Source: Tubiluchus corallicola (taxonomy: Eukaryota > Animalia > Priapulida). From it: a stretch of 26,533 nt of DNA. Where the stretch lies: the NCBI GenBank assembly GCA_030141605.1, contig JAQGDQ010001123.1:1-26533 (forward strand). Direction: 5' to 3'. Of this stretch, positions 23,985-26,533 are shown one piece after another (position 1 is the first letter of the stretch; each line of letters opens with the position of its first letter). The notes under the pieces were generated by a model. That model was not told the DNA's origin and made no database searches. It saw only the letters and a list, made by a program, of their open reading frames with translations. Position numbers and translations under genes: made by a program.

Positions 23985-24322
23985 ATTTTGCAAATTTTTC
24001 CTCCACAGCAAAGAAGCCACTGTTCTTGCTCAGGTTGGTAATATGGATGACAGTTGTAATATTCCTCTTTCACATGAACACCTTCCTTCGGGGAGGAGAA
24101 GACAAGGAAGACATGATTCACATCCTGATATTTTTCACAAAAGCTGAGAAAAACGAACGTTTAACGACTCATCTTCGTGAATGTATTGAATCAATGATTG
24201 TCCATGTAACTGATGCTGTTACACTGCATATCATGGGAGATGATGCAAGCACAGAGATTGCTGGTAATACTGTAAACAATGTATTGAACTCTACACCACG
24301 TTCATCAACTCTGGACTTCTCG
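23985..24322 (+). CDS. XXYLT1: XXYLT1-like xyloside xylosyltransferase (GT8), exon with signal anchor and start of the catalytic domain
   Basis: TM segment LFLLRLVIWMTVVIFLF, then IHILIFFTKAEKNERL..SM..VTLHIMGDDAS..IA, resembling XXYLT1 YHLLMMFTKAEHN..L.LHFVS..AS. Donor TCG|GTGAGT, phase 0. The 5' boundary is 23985 (acceptor) or 23909 (ATG). Confidence 0.85.
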
Positions 24323-24341
24323 GTGAGTCAGCAGCATCTGC

Positions 24342-25142
<801 letters not shown>

Positions 25143-25234
25143 CTTTATTTGAAGTCTGCTTCAAATTTAACAAACAACACGATACTTTTATCGGCGACTG
25201 TAAATAAACTACAACTACATAACAGAGATTATTA

Positions 25235-25372
25235 TTACCTCGCTTTTACACTAAATACCGCGTACCAAGGGCAACAGCAGGTACTAAAAGTCTTTTGTAT
25301 GACCCGGCTGCAGTGCTGAACTCACGACCTCCTAGACGGAAAGCGGTCGCGTTGCAACTAGACTATACCGTC
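25235..25372 (-). mobile_element. Degenerate tRNA-derived SINE
   Basis: On the minus strand: A-box-like TAGTCTAGTTG, B-box-like GGTCGTGAGTTCA, then CCGGGTCATACAAAAGACTT..GTACCTGCTG. From memory this resembles a conserved metazoan SINE core (Meta-SINE-like); unverified. Confidence 0.6.
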
Positions 25373-25461
25373 TGATCTACGCCGTTATGTTAGCAAACTG
25401 TTTCAAACTTTAAAGGAAAACAGGACAACGTTTCACATCCTATCTCGTTTCGAAGTACTGT

Positions 25462-25804
25462 AAAAATATACATTTTAACACGTGTAATAATGTCAAAGTG
25501 TTTCTGATAATTAAGTAACAAGTTAAACCTTAATTAGCGGCCGTCGACCGCAGCTAGTTATGACGTCATAAGTGAACATAATTTTCAACAGCACAACCAT
25601 TCTATTAGCGTGTTGCACGTGTTTGTGAAAGCGAAGATGGAAGTGCAGTCCCACAGTACAATATTCAGTCAGATATACAAAAACTCGGCAAATTTCAAGT
25701 TTAAATTTAAATTTAAAATTTACCGTTGTACTCACGCATGGGCTCTCAAACATGTGTGAACTGAGAAGTAATGGAGGCAGATAATACCCATCTAACTACA
25801 GAAT
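25462..25804. repeat. Old interspersed repeat, copy 2 (see 23385-23793)
   Basis: Collinear diverged match in the same orientation. Confidence 0.8.
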
Positions 25805-26101
25805 GGCGAATATATGTAACAGCGAATAATTAGGCGAGCGAACACGAAGTTGACTTTTGGAGGGTAATAATTCTTTAACGTCAGCATTGTTAGAAAAACA
25901 ATGTGTTCCGTTCCAATATTTTATTGATTAGATTATTTTGGCCGACAGTTTAACATTGAGGTTGCTTTTCCTTTAACTCATTTATTATCAGTGCAATAGC
26001 CTATAGTAAACATTTATACTACAAAAAGACATAATTAAAGTACAGCAACATCAACAAATCGTGTCTTATTGATGCACTGAAGACTGAACATTGTTTTTCA
26101 G

Positions 26102-26533
26102 GTAAAGAGTTACAATCTCAACAATGTGGTCAACAATGTAATCAACGACATCGGACACTTACAAGTTTTGTTCAAAAGCCGGCGAGAGAATTATGTTATT
26201 TTCGACGACTATTTTTATTTCCTGCCTTTTGTCATTGATAAAGTGTTGAACATTGAGAAAGTTATAAAAATTGACGTTGACATTAGATTTGCTGCTGACA
26301 TTAGTCTGCTTTGGAAATACTTCCAAGAATTTGACAACAACACAATATTTGCATTAGCCACTGAACAGCAGCCAACATACTTCCGACAGTTTCAGAAGTA
26401 CCGGAAGTTCGCCAAGGACGACATCGTTGGAATACCTCACCCTTATGGCAAACCTGGATACAATGGTGGCATCTACATGATTCACGTGGATCATATGGCT
26501 AAATCCACTTCATACAAAGAATCCATTAATATA
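26102..26533 (+). CDS. XXYLT1: XXYLT1-like catalytic exon, truncated by the window end
   Basis: Acceptor ttgtttttcag| (phase 0), then 144 open codons: ..DDYFYFL..KVIKIDVDIRFAADISLLWKYFQEF..ALATEQQPTY..VGIPHPYGKPGYNGGIYMIHVDHM. This matches XXYLT1 LDLDLKF, AREMQPVY and VG.PPPEGLPGFNSGV. Not in the ORF track. Confidence 0.92.

Overview
AT-rich, microsatellite-rich eukaryotic (probably invertebrate animal) genomic DNA, not prokaryotic. Splicing by hand gives three neighbouring intron-containing genes, all type II membrane glycan-modifying enzymes. (1) A CHST8-14-family (Sulfotransfer_2) carbohydrate sulfotransferase-like gene on +, join(5906..6104,9605..10587), 393 aa, with unusual substitutions at the 5'-PSB lysine and the conserved HW histidine. 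(2) A complete EXTL2-like GT64 gene on -, five coding exons from 18756 to 13712, 356 aa. (3) An XXYLT1-like GT8 gene on +, join(22902..22983,23985..24322,26102..>26533), running off the window. The rest is decayed non-LTR retrotransposon fragments, tRNA-derived SINE-like repeats (a near-identical pair brackets the sulfotransferase catalytic exon), a Tc1/mariner-type MITE, a 30-bp minisatellite and many microsatellites, which explain most of the ORF track. Family assignments come from recalled motifs, not database searches.
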